Shown here: in pieces, positions 28,279-36,915 of the stretch | Numbering within the stretch: the stretch's first letter is position 1 | Layout: every line of letters begins with the position of its first letter | From: a virus | Lineage: Duplodnaviria; Caudoviricetes | Virus record (IMG/VR): IMGVR_UViG_3300020442_004221 | Location: 1 to 53,072 of that record | DNA: 53,072 nucleotides | Strand: one strand, 5' to 3' | Position numbers and translations under genes: made by a program | The notes under the pieces: model-generated | Told to the model about the DNA's origin: nothing | Seen by the model: only the letters and a program-made list of their open reading frames with translations | Database searches by the model: none

Positions 28279-29916
28279 CTACGGTAATAGATCCTTCACA
28301 TCAACCAATAGAGAGGATGCTGAATAACACGGAGGATCTGTCACACAGTCACCCGCATCATTATAGCCCAAACTTTCGCATGTAGCATTGGGGTCTCCAA
28401 TTTCGATTAAATTAATACTTATACTAACGGGTTCTGATCCACTACACTCGCAGCATACTAATTCACAATTACTTTCACTATCACTACAATCTGTTCCAGA
28501 TCCGCAGTCACACTCTTCTATTTGGAAGTCTACAGCTCCCTTAGTTTTAACCAAAATTCCAGGATCGAATCCTTCGAGATCATTAGGGTCTATATCTATC
28601 GTTACAGTACTACCGGGGCCACCGCCAAAACCTAAATCTAATTCTAATGTGTATACGCCAGTTTGCTCATTATATGTATAGCCACTTGCTGTAAAATGAT
28701 GATCGGCACCTTGCGGCCCTTTCATCTGTTCATTTAAAGTCCCCATAAGATCTGAATCATTCATGAGTTCAGTTATGTTGATAGGACTACCAGTAGCTAC
28801 TTGGTCATTGTATAAATCAGTGAGTTTTTGTTTTGCATCTGCGCCAAGTGTATCTCCAATATGGTCTAGCATTGTAGTGCCTGATAAAGTTCCGTCCTCG
28901 TTATAAGTTTGCATAGTCAGCATGTTATTCAAAAAATGAGTCATATTTTGAAAATCATTACTGTTATTGCCGTTTGGATGACCGTTTTCTGGATCACCAT
29001 TAGTGTGCATAGGTACATGAGAGCCATCATTAAGCCTCTTTATTATGTAGTCTATTAAAAGCTTAGGATCATTAGCAGATCCTGGAGGTCTTATCAGAGG
29101 TATAATTCTCGCTCCTTTTTCCGCAAAACACTCACACTCTACTACTCCTTCTCCAAAAGTTCCGTCTTCCAAAAATTGTGCGCATTCATCATCATTGATA
29201 ACTGGTATGCAATTACATGGTCGATTGTTTGCGTTTTCTTGAAAAAATTCTGCTAGAACATTTGAACAAGCATCTGTCATTTTGGGTCCCTCTTCACCTG
29301 CCGGACGATACATAGGTATAGGAGATCCCTTAGATGGTGGTGGTGGAGGTGGAGGTGCTGCTTGCAGTGAGAAATTACCACCAGATATAAAGGTAGTTTT
29401 ATTAGGCGAGTTATCATCCAAAAAGCTAGTATTAGAGATAGGAATAGGAGAAGATGTAGAATCATATCTAGCATCTCCCATGCCTGCACATCCCATCATT
29501 TTTTTATAATTTATTTCTTGATCTTCTGGTATAATCCCAGCTTGTTTTAATCTATCATTTAATATTTGAATCAGCGGTACAGTCTCACAACACGGGTTAT
29601 CATAAACATAACCTTCATTATCGCTAGTGGTTTGATCTATAACAATTCCATCTTCAATTTTTTTTTCGGTTAGTGGAATTGCCTTACTAGCATGTGGCAT
29701 TACTTGCTGATTATTAATCATTACATCAGGAGATGGTTGTGCTCCATTAGGCGCTTTCGTTTTAACACTTCTATATGGCGGATAGATAACAGCCCCAGAT
29801 CTTGATGCGGTAGGAGGTGGTGTGTTGGTGTCACCAGCAGTGTAGCTTCCTGCCCTGTATACAACATACGAACCATCGGGTCTACATTTTTGGAAATGTT
29901 TTGGTGACTGACTCAT
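28279..29916 (-). CDS. Pro/Cys/Gly-rich acidic protein, possible virion surface protein
   Basis: PPPPPPP run, several Cys clusters, acidic composition; no recognised catalytic motif. Confidence 0.55.
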   Translation of the reverse strand: MSQSPKHFQKCRPDGSYVVYRAGSYTAGDTNTPPPTASRSGAVIYPPYRSVKTKAPNGAQPSPDVMINNQQVMPHASKAIPLTEKKIEDGIVIDQTTSDNEGYVYDNPCCETVPLIQILNDRLKQAGIIPEDQEINYKKMMGCAGMGDARYDSTSSPIPISNTSFLDDNSPNKTTFISGGNFSLQAAPPPPPPPSKGSPIPMYRPAGEEGPKMTDACSNVLAEFFQENANNRPCNCIPVINDDECAQFLEDGTFGEGVVECECFAEKGARIIPLIRPPGSANDPKLLIDYIIKRLNDGSHVPMHTNGDPENGHPNGNNSNDFQNMTHFLNNMLTMQTYNEDGTLSGTTMLDHIGDTLGADAKQKLTDLYNDQVATGSPINITELMNDSDLMGTLNEQMKGPQGADHHFTASGYTYNEQTGVYTLELDLGFGGGPGSTVTIDIDPNDLEGFDPGILVKTKGAVDFQIEECDCGSGTDCSDSESNCELVCCECSGSEPVSISINLIEIGDPNATCESLGYNDAGDCVTDPPCYSASSLLVDVKDLLP

Positions 29917-29938
29917 GATATGGGCATGCTCCCGTAAA

Positions 29939-30187
29939 TTATTTCTTAACTAGTTTATTGTATAGGAGTAATGCAACACAACCTCCAGCAACACCCATAA
30001 AAATACCTGCTGGTTCTAGAGCAGAATAGCTACCTAATAGGTATAATACCGCACCTCCCATGTAGGAGCCAGCAACTCCAAGAGCTATAGTTTTAAAAAA
30101 GCCGAAATTTTCTTCTCCAGGTATAATTGATTTAGCAATAGAACCTACAAATATACCATAAACACACCATATTAAAATACTAAACAT
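29939..30187 (-). CDS. GlsB/YeaQ/YmgE-like (transglycosylase-associated) membrane protein
   Basis: GIFVGSIAKSIIPG...IALGVAGSYMGG; three hydrophobic helices. Confidence 0.85.
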   Translation of the reverse strand: MFSILIWCVYGIFVGSIAKSIIPGEENFGFFKTIALGVAGSYMGGAVLYLLGSYSALEPAGIFMGVAGGCVALLLYNKLVKK

Positions 30188-30561
30188 TATTTATTAGCCT
30201 CCAGTAAAGTTTTAACTTCATCTTCCGTGATAGACACTCCTTTTTTAAAAATTGCATCACACAAAGATGCGGAATATTCTTGGTAGTCTGATCTACTTAG
30301 TTCATTACGCATAAACTTTTTTAATCTCATGCGAGCAAACCACCATTTTCTATCAGATATATCATGTATCCTTTGAGTATAAAATGCCACCTTATCATCT
30401 ATATTTTTAGATTTGTCACATTCTTGCATAACTCTCATAACGCTTACTATAATACTAATCATCATTAGCACCATAATAACACTACCAAACTTATCTTCAG
30501 GTAGAGTTTGGTCGCTAAGAATATCATTAGCTATATGTTCTAATTTTTCTTTGTTAGTCAT
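30187..30561 (-). CDS. single-TM hypothetical protein
   Basis: FGSVIMVLMMISIIVSVM hydrophobic stretch. Confidence 0.6.
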   Translation of the reverse strand: MTNKEKLEHIANDILSDQTLPEDKFGSVIMVLMMISIIVSVMRVMQECDKSKNIDDKVAFYTQRIHDISDRKWWFARMRLKKFMRNELSRSDYQEYSASLCDAIFKKGVSITEDEVKTLLEANK

Positions 30562-30562
30562 T

Positions 30563-30799
30563 TTATGGCTCACAGTATTGACAATTGATCTTAGCTATAC
30601 CATCACCGCTAATATACCAACCCTTACCTTTGCATACAGGACAATCTTTTCTTTTATACTTTTCTATTACACTATTTTCTTGAGAAGCTATTTTTGCTCC
30701 TACTAGTGTAACTACTGCTTTGGTATTATAATGCACATGACCTGAACCAAAAAATATAGGTAAAGAGATTATGGAAGCAAATAAAATTTTATTTATCAT
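30563..30799 (-). CDS. small exported protein with a DnaJ-type Zn motif
   Basis: Signal-like N-terminus; CPVCKGKG...CQYC. Confidence 0.6.
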   Translation of the reverse strand: MINKILFASIISLPIFFGSGHVHYNTKAVVTLVGAKIASQENSVIEKYKRKDCPVCKGKGWYISGDGIAKINCQYCEP

Positions 30800-30957
30800 T
30801 TTTTAAACCACTTGTCTAGTAAGTCTCGAATAGGTCTTTTAGGTTTAGGGTCTGTAATATCTTTACTGTGTGGTACAAAGATTTTTATTATTGCTAGTAT
30901 AAAACTAGTAATAGTTTTAATTAAACTATTCAATGCTATTTTATCTAATAATTTCAT
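30796..30957 (-). CDS. 53-aa membrane peptide (below the ORF-track cutoff)
   Basis: MKLLDKIALNSLIKTITSFILAIIKIFVPHSKDITDPKPKRPIRDLLDKWFKK; ATGA overlaps at both ends fill the gap exactly. Confidence 0.75.
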   Translation of the reverse strand: MKLLDKIALNSLIKTITSFILAIIKIFVPHSKDITDPKPKRPIRDLLDKWFKK

Positions 30958-31880
30958 AAGTAATCTACGAAGCCGTAGTCCGGGAGTTTTTGTGGTGGAA
31001 ATCCATTAAAATCACTAAAGGCATAAGCTCCATTTTGCCTCAACATACCTTCTGCAATATCTGCATGTATTAAAAATGAGCCATCAGGAATTGGGCCCCA
31101 TTCTGGATGCCCTCCATCATTCCATTTGCCCCAGCTATTTTGTACTAGAAAAGCTGGCTCTTTACCTGTGTCGTCACAAGCTGTCCAGGACATCGCATGG
31201 GCCCATGATCCACTTTTTCGCGCAAATCCCTTAGAATCTCTACGATTAGAAAATCCATAACTACTACACACACTTAGACCATACCCATTGGCTAGTGCAT
31301 CTCTAGCTTCTTCCACTGTGCGAATTAAGGACACTGTTTTCACTTGATGATCATCTGCCTTATCTATTACTTTATCCGGCAAGCCTCTTGCTCCCCATTT
31401 AGCGCCCATACTGCCATTATATTTACTAAAATCAGCTACTCCACGATAATTTTTACGAACTAATATACCGCCTGTTTGACTTACAAAAGTAGCAGCACGA
31501 CTACAACTCATACCTTGACCACCATGACCTCTACAGCCATATATAGCTTCAGTAGCTCCTCTTGCTATCCAACTTTCCCTATCGCCTTTGATATCAATTT
31601 CTACTGCTCTAGTAATATCGCAGGCATTTCTAGTAGCATGTGAAACGCAATCTCCTGTGGTCTGTCTTTCTATGTATGCGTTCTTATCAAACTTTAATGC
31701 AGATTTGAAAGGTGTGGATAGTTTGCCTTTGCCGCTATTTTTAATTTTTTTAGCGCCATCCTTGAAGTAAGCATATCTAGAAGTACTAATTAATTCATCA
31801 AATACATGAGGCTCAGAAATAGAACCTATAAAACCTTTTTTATATTCATTGTATAGTTCGTTTGGGGTCATTCTTGGCAT
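30954..31880 (-). CDS. papain-like (C1) cysteine peptidase
   Basis: Q-TTGD-C (oxyanion Gln and catalytic Cys), WAHAM (His), VQNSWG (Asn). Confidence 0.85.
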   Translation of the reverse strand: MPRMTPNELYNEYKKGFIGSISEPHVFDELISTSRYAYFKDGAKKIKNSGKGKLSTPFKSALKFDKNAYIERQTTGDCVSHATRNACDITRAVEIDIKGDRESWIARGATEAIYGCRGHGGQGMSCSRAATFVSQTGGILVRKNYRGVADFSKYNGSMGAKWGARGLPDKVIDKADDHQVKTVSLIRTVEEARDALANGYGLSVCSSYGFSNRRDSKGFARKSGSWAHAMSWTACDDTGKEPAFLVQNSWGKWNDGGHPEWGPIPDGSFLIHADIAEGMLRQNGAYAFSDFNGFPPQKLPDYGFVDYL

Positions 31881-32380
31881 TATTTACCACCTTCGTAAAA
31901 AGCCCAACTCAAAGCCCTAAAAGCACTTACCGCTTTGCTTCTTAGTTCTACATCTAAAACTACATCATCATCTCCGATACTACTAGACAGCAAATCTCTA
32001 GCAGCTTCAGCTAATCCTGGATATTTATCTTTAATATTTAATCTAAGCATTTTACCTGCTAAACTATTTGCTTCTTTAATATTAGAGGTATCAGCTATTA
32101 CTTGATCTTTTTCATCTAGTTCTATTAAAACTGCCATATCAGCATATAAAGAAGATAATTTAAGACAATCAGATTTTCTTGTAGAATCATTAGATTCTTT
32201 TACAATACTAGTAATTGCTCTAGCTTTTTCTAATAGAATATCATCAGATGGAGCGTCTACAACACAGGTATCAGTAGTACATGAAGTATTACTAGGGAAA
32301 CTAATAGAAGATAAATCTGGTTTAGCTATACCTATATACACAAGCACTCCAGCTAATGCTAAAAGCCATTTATTATTCAT
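31880..32380 (-). CDS. membrane-anchored or exported hypothetical protein
   Basis: MNNKWLLALAGVLVYIGIA N-terminal anchor. Confidence 0.65.
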   Translation of the reverse strand: MNNKWLLALAGVLVYIGIAKPDLSSISFPSNTSCTTDTCVVDAPSDDILLEKARAITSIVKESNDSTRKSDCLKLSSLYADMAVLIELDEKDQVIADTSNIKEANSLAGKMLRLNIKDKYPGLAEAARDLLSSSIGDDDVVLDVELRSKAVSAFRALSWAFYEGGK

Positions 32381-32783
32381 TTTTATCTCCAGAAAAGAAT
32401 GGTTTGTCATCACAAATGGTTGGGCTTAAATATGGAAACATTTCATCGGCTACTTCAACAGCTTTATCACAACCACTTTTTTCAGCTAAATCTCTGGTCT
32501 GTTTCCAAGATACTACTAAATCAAAAAATACATCTTCTGAATTGGATTTTTCTGTTTTTGTAGTTTTAGAAGGAAATGAATCAGGAATAGCTGGAACAAT
32601 AACGTCTATACTATCTGGTAATTGTTGTTTAATGTTATTAAACATACCCATTAATATCTTTTGAATAGGGCTAAGTTTGTCTTTAAATAAAACCCATAAT
32701 ATAATACCTATACCAGCATATAAAGCTAGGTCTACAGGAGCCAATCCTTTACTAAATTCTTCAAAAGTTTGTGTATAATTCAT
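32373..32783 (-). CDS. single-TM hypothetical protein
   Basis: LALYAGIGIILWVLF; start moved to MNYTQ, which has an AAGGA Shine-Dalgarno. Confidence 0.65.
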   Translation of the reverse strand: MNYTQTFEEFSKGLAPVDLALYAGIGIILWVLFKDKLSPIQKILMGMFNNIKQQLPDSIDVIVPAIPDSFPSKTTKTEKSNSEDVFFDLVVSWKQTRDLAEKSGCDKAVEVADEMFPYLSPTICDDKPFFSGDKNE

Positions 32784-32793
32784 AATTGTCCTT

Positions 32794-33225
32794 TCATGGG
32801 ATTTTGATTGTGAGTACTTGACTTGATGGATAAGTAGTACCATCTTCTATTTGCTTTTTAATAAATATACCTGTTTGTCTAAACGTAGCTACCAAAGCAT
32901 CAATACTAGAGCCAACTAAAATCATTAGGAAGGCTTTAACGGATTTATGTATGATAGGTTCTAAAATATTAGGTATAATAGGAATGTCCACAGCTAAAAA
33001 TACCTTATCATAAAAATCTGATAATAATTTTAAAGCTAACTCCTTTTTTTCTGGACTACTGATATCCGTACCAATTTTTTCAATAATTTGTATAACACTG
33101 GCAGTTACTACTTGTAAGATTTTCCAAGCTTCTGCAACTGCAAATCTTTTAACGTTTTTTAAGCTCTCCTTAACTTGATCCGTTAAATTATTAACTTCAT
33201 TAGTTATAAGTTCTTTACTATTCAT
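32794..33225 (-). CDS. amphipathic helical hypothetical protein
   Basis: 143 aa ORF within the membrane cassette. Confidence 0.6.
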   Translation of the reverse strand: MNSKELITNEVNNLTDQVKESLKNVKRFAVAEAWKILQVVTASVIQIIEKIGTDISSPEKKELALKLLSDFYDKVFLAVDIPIIPNILEPIIHKSVKAFLMILVGSSIDALVATFRQTGIFIKKQIEDGTTYPSSQVLTIKIP

Positions 33226-33232
33226 TTAAGCC

Positions 33233-33712
33233 TCATACGTATGTGTAGTGTCTAATCTCTTGATAAATTGATTCGCCAATACCACTAATATCAATTAGTT
33301 GTTTAGTGTCTGTAAATCTTTTGTTTTGTCTATAATCTATAATTTTTTGCGCTGTCGCAGGGCCGATGCGTGGCAATTGAATTAACTCACCAAGACTAGC
33401 TCTATTTATATTAACTTCAGAAATTTTCTTGTCTATTCCTACATAATCTTCTAATTCTTTTCTTTGATTGTCCTGTTCTTTTTGTTTTGTTATTTCTCTT
33501 TGTACTTTTTCCTTTTCTCGCTTTTTAAGATATCGAGATAAAACCATAAATTGACCACCTATTAGAATAACGCTTTCTACAGCATGTGTGACTGCGCTAA
33601 TAAGGTCGTCTTTGGTGTCTGGTTCGGTAATTACTCCGATTATAAATAAACCACTAATAATGAAGCTAACTAATGTAAACCAGAATTCACTTGTTTGGTA
33701 AGATTTTTTCAT
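33233..33712 (-). CDS. holin-like two-TM N-terminus fused to a ComEA-type helix-hairpin-helix domain
   Basis: MKKSYQTSEFWFTL plus two hydrophobic helices; VNINRASLGELIQLPRIGPATAQKIIDYR...ISGIGE; start at ATG 33712 with GGGGA Shine-Dalgarno. Confidence 0.8.
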   Translation of the reverse strand: MKKSYQTSEFWFTLVSFIISGLFIIGVITEPDTKDDLISAVTHAVESVILIGGQFMVLSRYLKKREKEKVQREITKQKEQDNQRKELEDYVGIDKKISEVNINRASLGELIQLPRIGPATAQKIIDYRQNKRFTDTKQLIDISGIGESIYQEIRHYTYV

Positions 33713-33736
33713 AAAGCTATCCCCTGTTATATAATT

Positions 33737-33744
33737 ATACACCA
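33737..33744 (-). promoter_or_regulatory. TGGTGTAT motif, putative phage promoter
   Basis: Intergenic; followed by AATTATATAA and a Shine-Dalgarno. Confidence 0.6.
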
Positions 33745-33763
33745 GAGGATGCTTATTGAGTCA

Positions 33764-33955
33764 TTATGTTGTATAATATGTGATATCGTCAAACTTATCA
33801 TCATATTTAGCTTCTATATCAGCTATCACAGGCTTGTTTGACACATATGTATTAATTTTATCTTCAGCTGCTGGGCCTGTAGGTTTGGTAGAAACTACAA
33901 TAGTTCCATTTTTAATATCATTAGATAATATGCTCTTCTGTATATCGTTTGCCAT
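33764..33955 (-). CDS. hypothetical protein
   Basis: 63 aa ORF, tightly packed with neighbours. Confidence 0.6.
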   Translation of the reverse strand: MANDIQKSILSNDIKNGTIVVSTKPTGPAAEDKINTYVSNKPVIADIEAKYDDKFDDITYYTT

Positions 33956-33957
33956 AA

Positions 33958-34293
33958 TTATGACCTTTCTATTCTATTTTCTAAAGCCTCTAAGGTATTG
34001 CCTAATGTCGCCATTTGAACTTTTAGTTCTGTCATAACTTCTGTATTTTTTTCTAACGCTCTAAATAATATACTAGTATCTTCTTTATGAGAATTTAGTC
34101 TCTCCATTATAAATTGTCTATCTTTGGCATATTGACTGCTTTGTGATTGGTTTAAAATCATTTGTTCTACTTCTTTTCTGTTAACCAAATTTCTAACAAA
34201 TCCGGTCCAAAAGCCTATAAGGGCTATGACCACACTTGCCATGTGTGTTGTGAAATTTTCAAAAAAATGTCCTAGTGTGTTTGGGTCACTCAC
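33958..34293 (-). CDS. TM plus coiled-coil protein (holin/spanin-like architecture)
   Basis: ASVVIALIGFWTGF followed by a heptad-rich C-terminus. Confidence 0.5.
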   Translation of the reverse strand: MSDPNTLGHFFENFTTHMASVVIALIGFWTGFVRNLVNRKEVEQMILNQSQSSQYAKDRQFIMERLNSHKEDTSILFRALEKNTEVMTELKVQMATLGNTLEALENRIERS

Positions 34294-34520
34294 TTATCAC
34301 AGCCCCTACAGCAACCCATAATCCTTGACCAAAAGCTACATTTTGGTGGCTTTTTAGTAGACCAACAATCGCAGCATTTGTTTAGATCAATGAATTTTTT
34401 ATTGCCATCAGCTAGAGATCGCTCAAATGCTTGAACGATCTCATCGTGACTAAGTAAAAGATCCAAGCACCGATCATCTACATAAACAGTAGTATGAAAC
34501 AGTCTTTGATACTTTGCCAT
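34290..34520 (-). CDS. small Cys-rich hypothetical protein
   Basis: CCDC...C...CCRGC. Confidence 0.6.
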   Translation of the reverse strand: MAKYQRLFHTTVYVDDRCLDLLLSHDEIVQAFERSLADGNKKFIDLNKCCDCWSTKKPPKCSFWSRIMGCCRGCDK

Positions 34521-34525
34521 TAAAA

Positions 34526-35026
34526 TTATCCTTTAGCTGGGTAATTTTGTGAAGTAGGAACACCACCGGTTGACAAAAATGTTAATGATCCAGGTATAGC
34601 AAAACTAGATCTAGCAGCTGTATCATTACCAAAACTATCTGTTGCTTCTACTGGATGGCCCGGTGTAAACTCTCCAGTAACTAAATTGAAAGCACCTGCT
34701 CTGAATGCAGATGCAGTTCTAGCTGTTGTAACGCTTTCGCTTTTATTTATTGAGTTTACATGCTCAGGATAAATAGAAGCATTTATAAGTACAGCAGATG
34801 TAGGGATAAGATCCTTCGATCTCTGCATTACTACATCTGTAGAAGCACTTGGGAAACCCTGCCCGCTAACAGATTGTTGGGCATCAGCTCCGTCATGAGG
34901 TGTAGAACCAAATACACCAGTTTGGCTATAGTAATTAGATGGTTTAACGCTATCTGTACCACTGCTCATAGCGATAGTTGCACCAACTACTTCAGCACTA
35001 CCGGATACATAATGTATAGTAGCCAT
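34526..35026 (-). CDS. hypothetical protein, possibly a virion structural protein
   Basis: Ser/Ala/Thr/Gly-rich; strong AAGGAG Shine-Dalgarno; first gene after a TGGTGTAT motif. Confidence 0.6.
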   Translation of the reverse strand: MATIHYVSGSAEVVGATIAMSSGTDSVKPSNYYSQTGVFGSTPHDGADAQQSVSGQGFPSASTDVVMQRSKDLIPTSAVLINASIYPEHVNSINKSESVTTARTASAFRAGAFNLVTGEFTPGHPVEATDSFGNDTAARSSFAIPGSLTFLSTGGVPTSQNYPAKG

Positions 35027-35079
35027 ATTTAATAAACTCCTTAAGTCGTTTTGAGGTTATAGGCGTGTTTCATATTAAA

Positions 35080-35087
35080 ATACACCA
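35080..35087 (-). promoter_or_regulatory. TGGTGTAT motif, putative phage promoter
   Basis: Intergenic; followed by TTTAATATGA. Confidence 0.6.
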
Positions 35088-35089
35088 TT

Positions 35090-35848
35090 TTATACAAAAA
35101 GTTTTTCCCATTCTGTAGTATCCTCAGTATGATTATTCCTATTTTTACAACTACTGGCACTTTGAGTTCTAGAGCCAAAATCGGTCCTAACGCCCACCAT
35201 TCTGATATTTGAACATAATAATGTGAATTTTTCGATATTATTCGAAATAGAGCTATCTATTTGCTGTTGTAATGGAAATACATATTTTAAGATTTTTGCT
35301 GCTCCTTTGTTAGATAAAATATATCCATATAATCCAGTAATTAATCCTCTAGGTTTTGCAATGGCGTTATTTAGTATGTTTTTCTGAAAGCCCGGTATTT
35401 CGTTATATCCCAAATATATAATGTCATATTCAGTATCTAAATTTTCATTATGTATACTAGTCAATAAATATGAAAGATTTTTATCAAATGTTTCATTTAT
35501 AATTATATCATCTTCAAATATTAGATATGGCTTATTTCGTTTACTACATTCTTCATAAATAAGATAGTGAGACAAGGCACACGCTGCTGATCCATATGTT
35601 AATGATATTCCATATGTGCTTTGGGATTTTTGTTTAATTTCATTTTTAGCTTTTTCAGATATAATTTCCTTTGGTATAATTCTAATATCTAGATTTTCAC
35701 CATATACAGCTTCATATCTCTTGCATTGCTTATCCAGTAAAGATGATTGCTTTTGTTGTGATTCAAAATATGTTCTTTTCTTTTGGTCATTATTAAGATT
35801 GATATAATATATCTTATCAAAATATTTATAGATATCTATATTTTCCAT
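35090..35848 (-). CDS. GT25-family glycosyltransferase
   Basis: IYYINL, RYEAVYG, GSAACALSH, LIFEDD, YDIIYLG, YILSNKGAAKIL. Confidence 0.88.
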   Translation of the reverse strand: MENIDIYKYFDKIYYINLNNDQKKRTYFESQQKQSSLLDKQCKRYEAVYGENLDIRIIPKEIISEKAKNEIKQKSQSTYGISLTYGSAACALSHYLIYEECSKRNKPYLIFEDDIIINETFDKNLSYLLTSIHNENLDTEYDIIYLGYNEIPGFQKNILNNAIAKPRGLITGLYGYILSNKGAAKILKYVFPLQQQIDSSISNNIEKFTLLCSNIRMVGVRTDFGSRTQSASSCKNRNNHTEDTTEWEKLFV

Positions 35849-36912
35849 TATTTTACAGAATAGTAGTAGTTCTTATCGTCGTATTTTTTATAAAATGTTT
35901 CTTCGCCCCATTCATCCCAAATGATTTTAATAGAGTCGTCATCTATATATTCAAAACTACCATGATCATTATTATCTATATTGTACATTCTATTGTTTCT
36001 TTTATTTAATATTACATAAGATTTCCAATACTGGTGTTCAAACAAGCAAATACTACAAAAATCATTTTCTATATTATTGTATAATGTTGGTTTTGATTTA
36101 CGAATATTAGGTGATGAGACATTATTTTGATGTTTATGGTACAGTACATGGTCAAATTTAGGTATAACGTAAGAAAGTAAATTTTTTTCTCTCCATCTAG
36201 TTCTCCAAACAGGATCTTCAAAAGGATGTATTTTATGATTTTCTTCTGGAGTGAGTTTTAATATTATGTCTAAAGCCTTATTATTAAAAGCGTATGTACA
36301 CGGCATACCAAATTTAATATTGCTTTGTAAATCCGGACCCCAAGCTCCTGAAACAGTATCGAATTCTCCTTCGGATATATGATTGGATTCTATTTGATAT
36401 TTAATTTTAGCTGATATGATGTCTATTTGATGTTTTGAAAAATTATCAATAATATTTTCTAAGTATGAGTGTTTATAAATATCATCATCATCTATTTTAA
36501 TAAATAAATTATATTTATGATAATCTATTTTTTTGATAGGGTAGATGTAATTTTCATGTTGATCCATATTTTGATGATAAAAAATTTGTAGTCTATTATC
36601 CTTAGCAAAGTCTTGTAATAATGTTTCATATTGTTTTTTTTCTATATCGTTATCTATGCATATTCCAACAATATATTTAATGTCTTTATATGATTGATTA
36701 TTTAATATATTATTAATACAATTAAAGATGTGGTAGGGTCTTTTGTAAGATGTGGTAAAGCATACAGGTCTAGCGATATATCTACCTTTTCTCTTCTGAA
36801 TTGCAGACTGATTGGCAACCAAGCTTTTTTGATTAGTTACAGTTTTCTTTCTTTTTGTTACTTTCTTTTTACTAGTTTTAGTATTTGTTGTCTTTTTTGT
36901 TTGTTTAGCCAT
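35848..36912 (-). CDS. GT2-like (GT-A) glycosyltransferase with a Lys-rich N-terminus
   Basis: TTSYKRP, FIKIDDDDIY, FED. Confidence 0.7.
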   Translation of the reverse strand: MAKQTKKTTNTKTSKKKVTKRKKTVTNQKSLVANQSAIQKRKGRYIARPVCFTTSYKRPYHIFNCINNILNNQSYKDIKYIVGICIDNDIEKKQYETLLQDFAKDNRLQIFYHQNMDQHENYIYPIKKIDYHKYNLFIKIDDDDIYKHSYLENIIDNFSKHQIDIISAKIKYQIESNHISEGEFDTVSGAWGPDLQSNIKFGMPCTYAFNNKALDIILKLTPEENHKIHPFEDPVWRTRWREKNLLSYVIPKFDHVLYHKHQNNVSSPNIRKSKPTLYNNIENDFCSICLFEHQYWKSYVILNKRNNRMYNIDNNDHGSFEYIDDDSIKIIWDEWGEETFYKKYDDKNYYYSVK

Positions 36913-36915
36913 CTG

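Noticed and set aside
33713-33742. GTG start at 33742 for the ComEA-like ORF
   Set aside because: The GTG falls inside the TGGTGTAT motif, while the ATG at 33712 has a GGGGA Shine-Dalgarno
34912-34919. Fifth TGGTGTAT occurrence
   Set aside because: It lies inside a coding region and lacks the AT-rich downstream tract; likely chance
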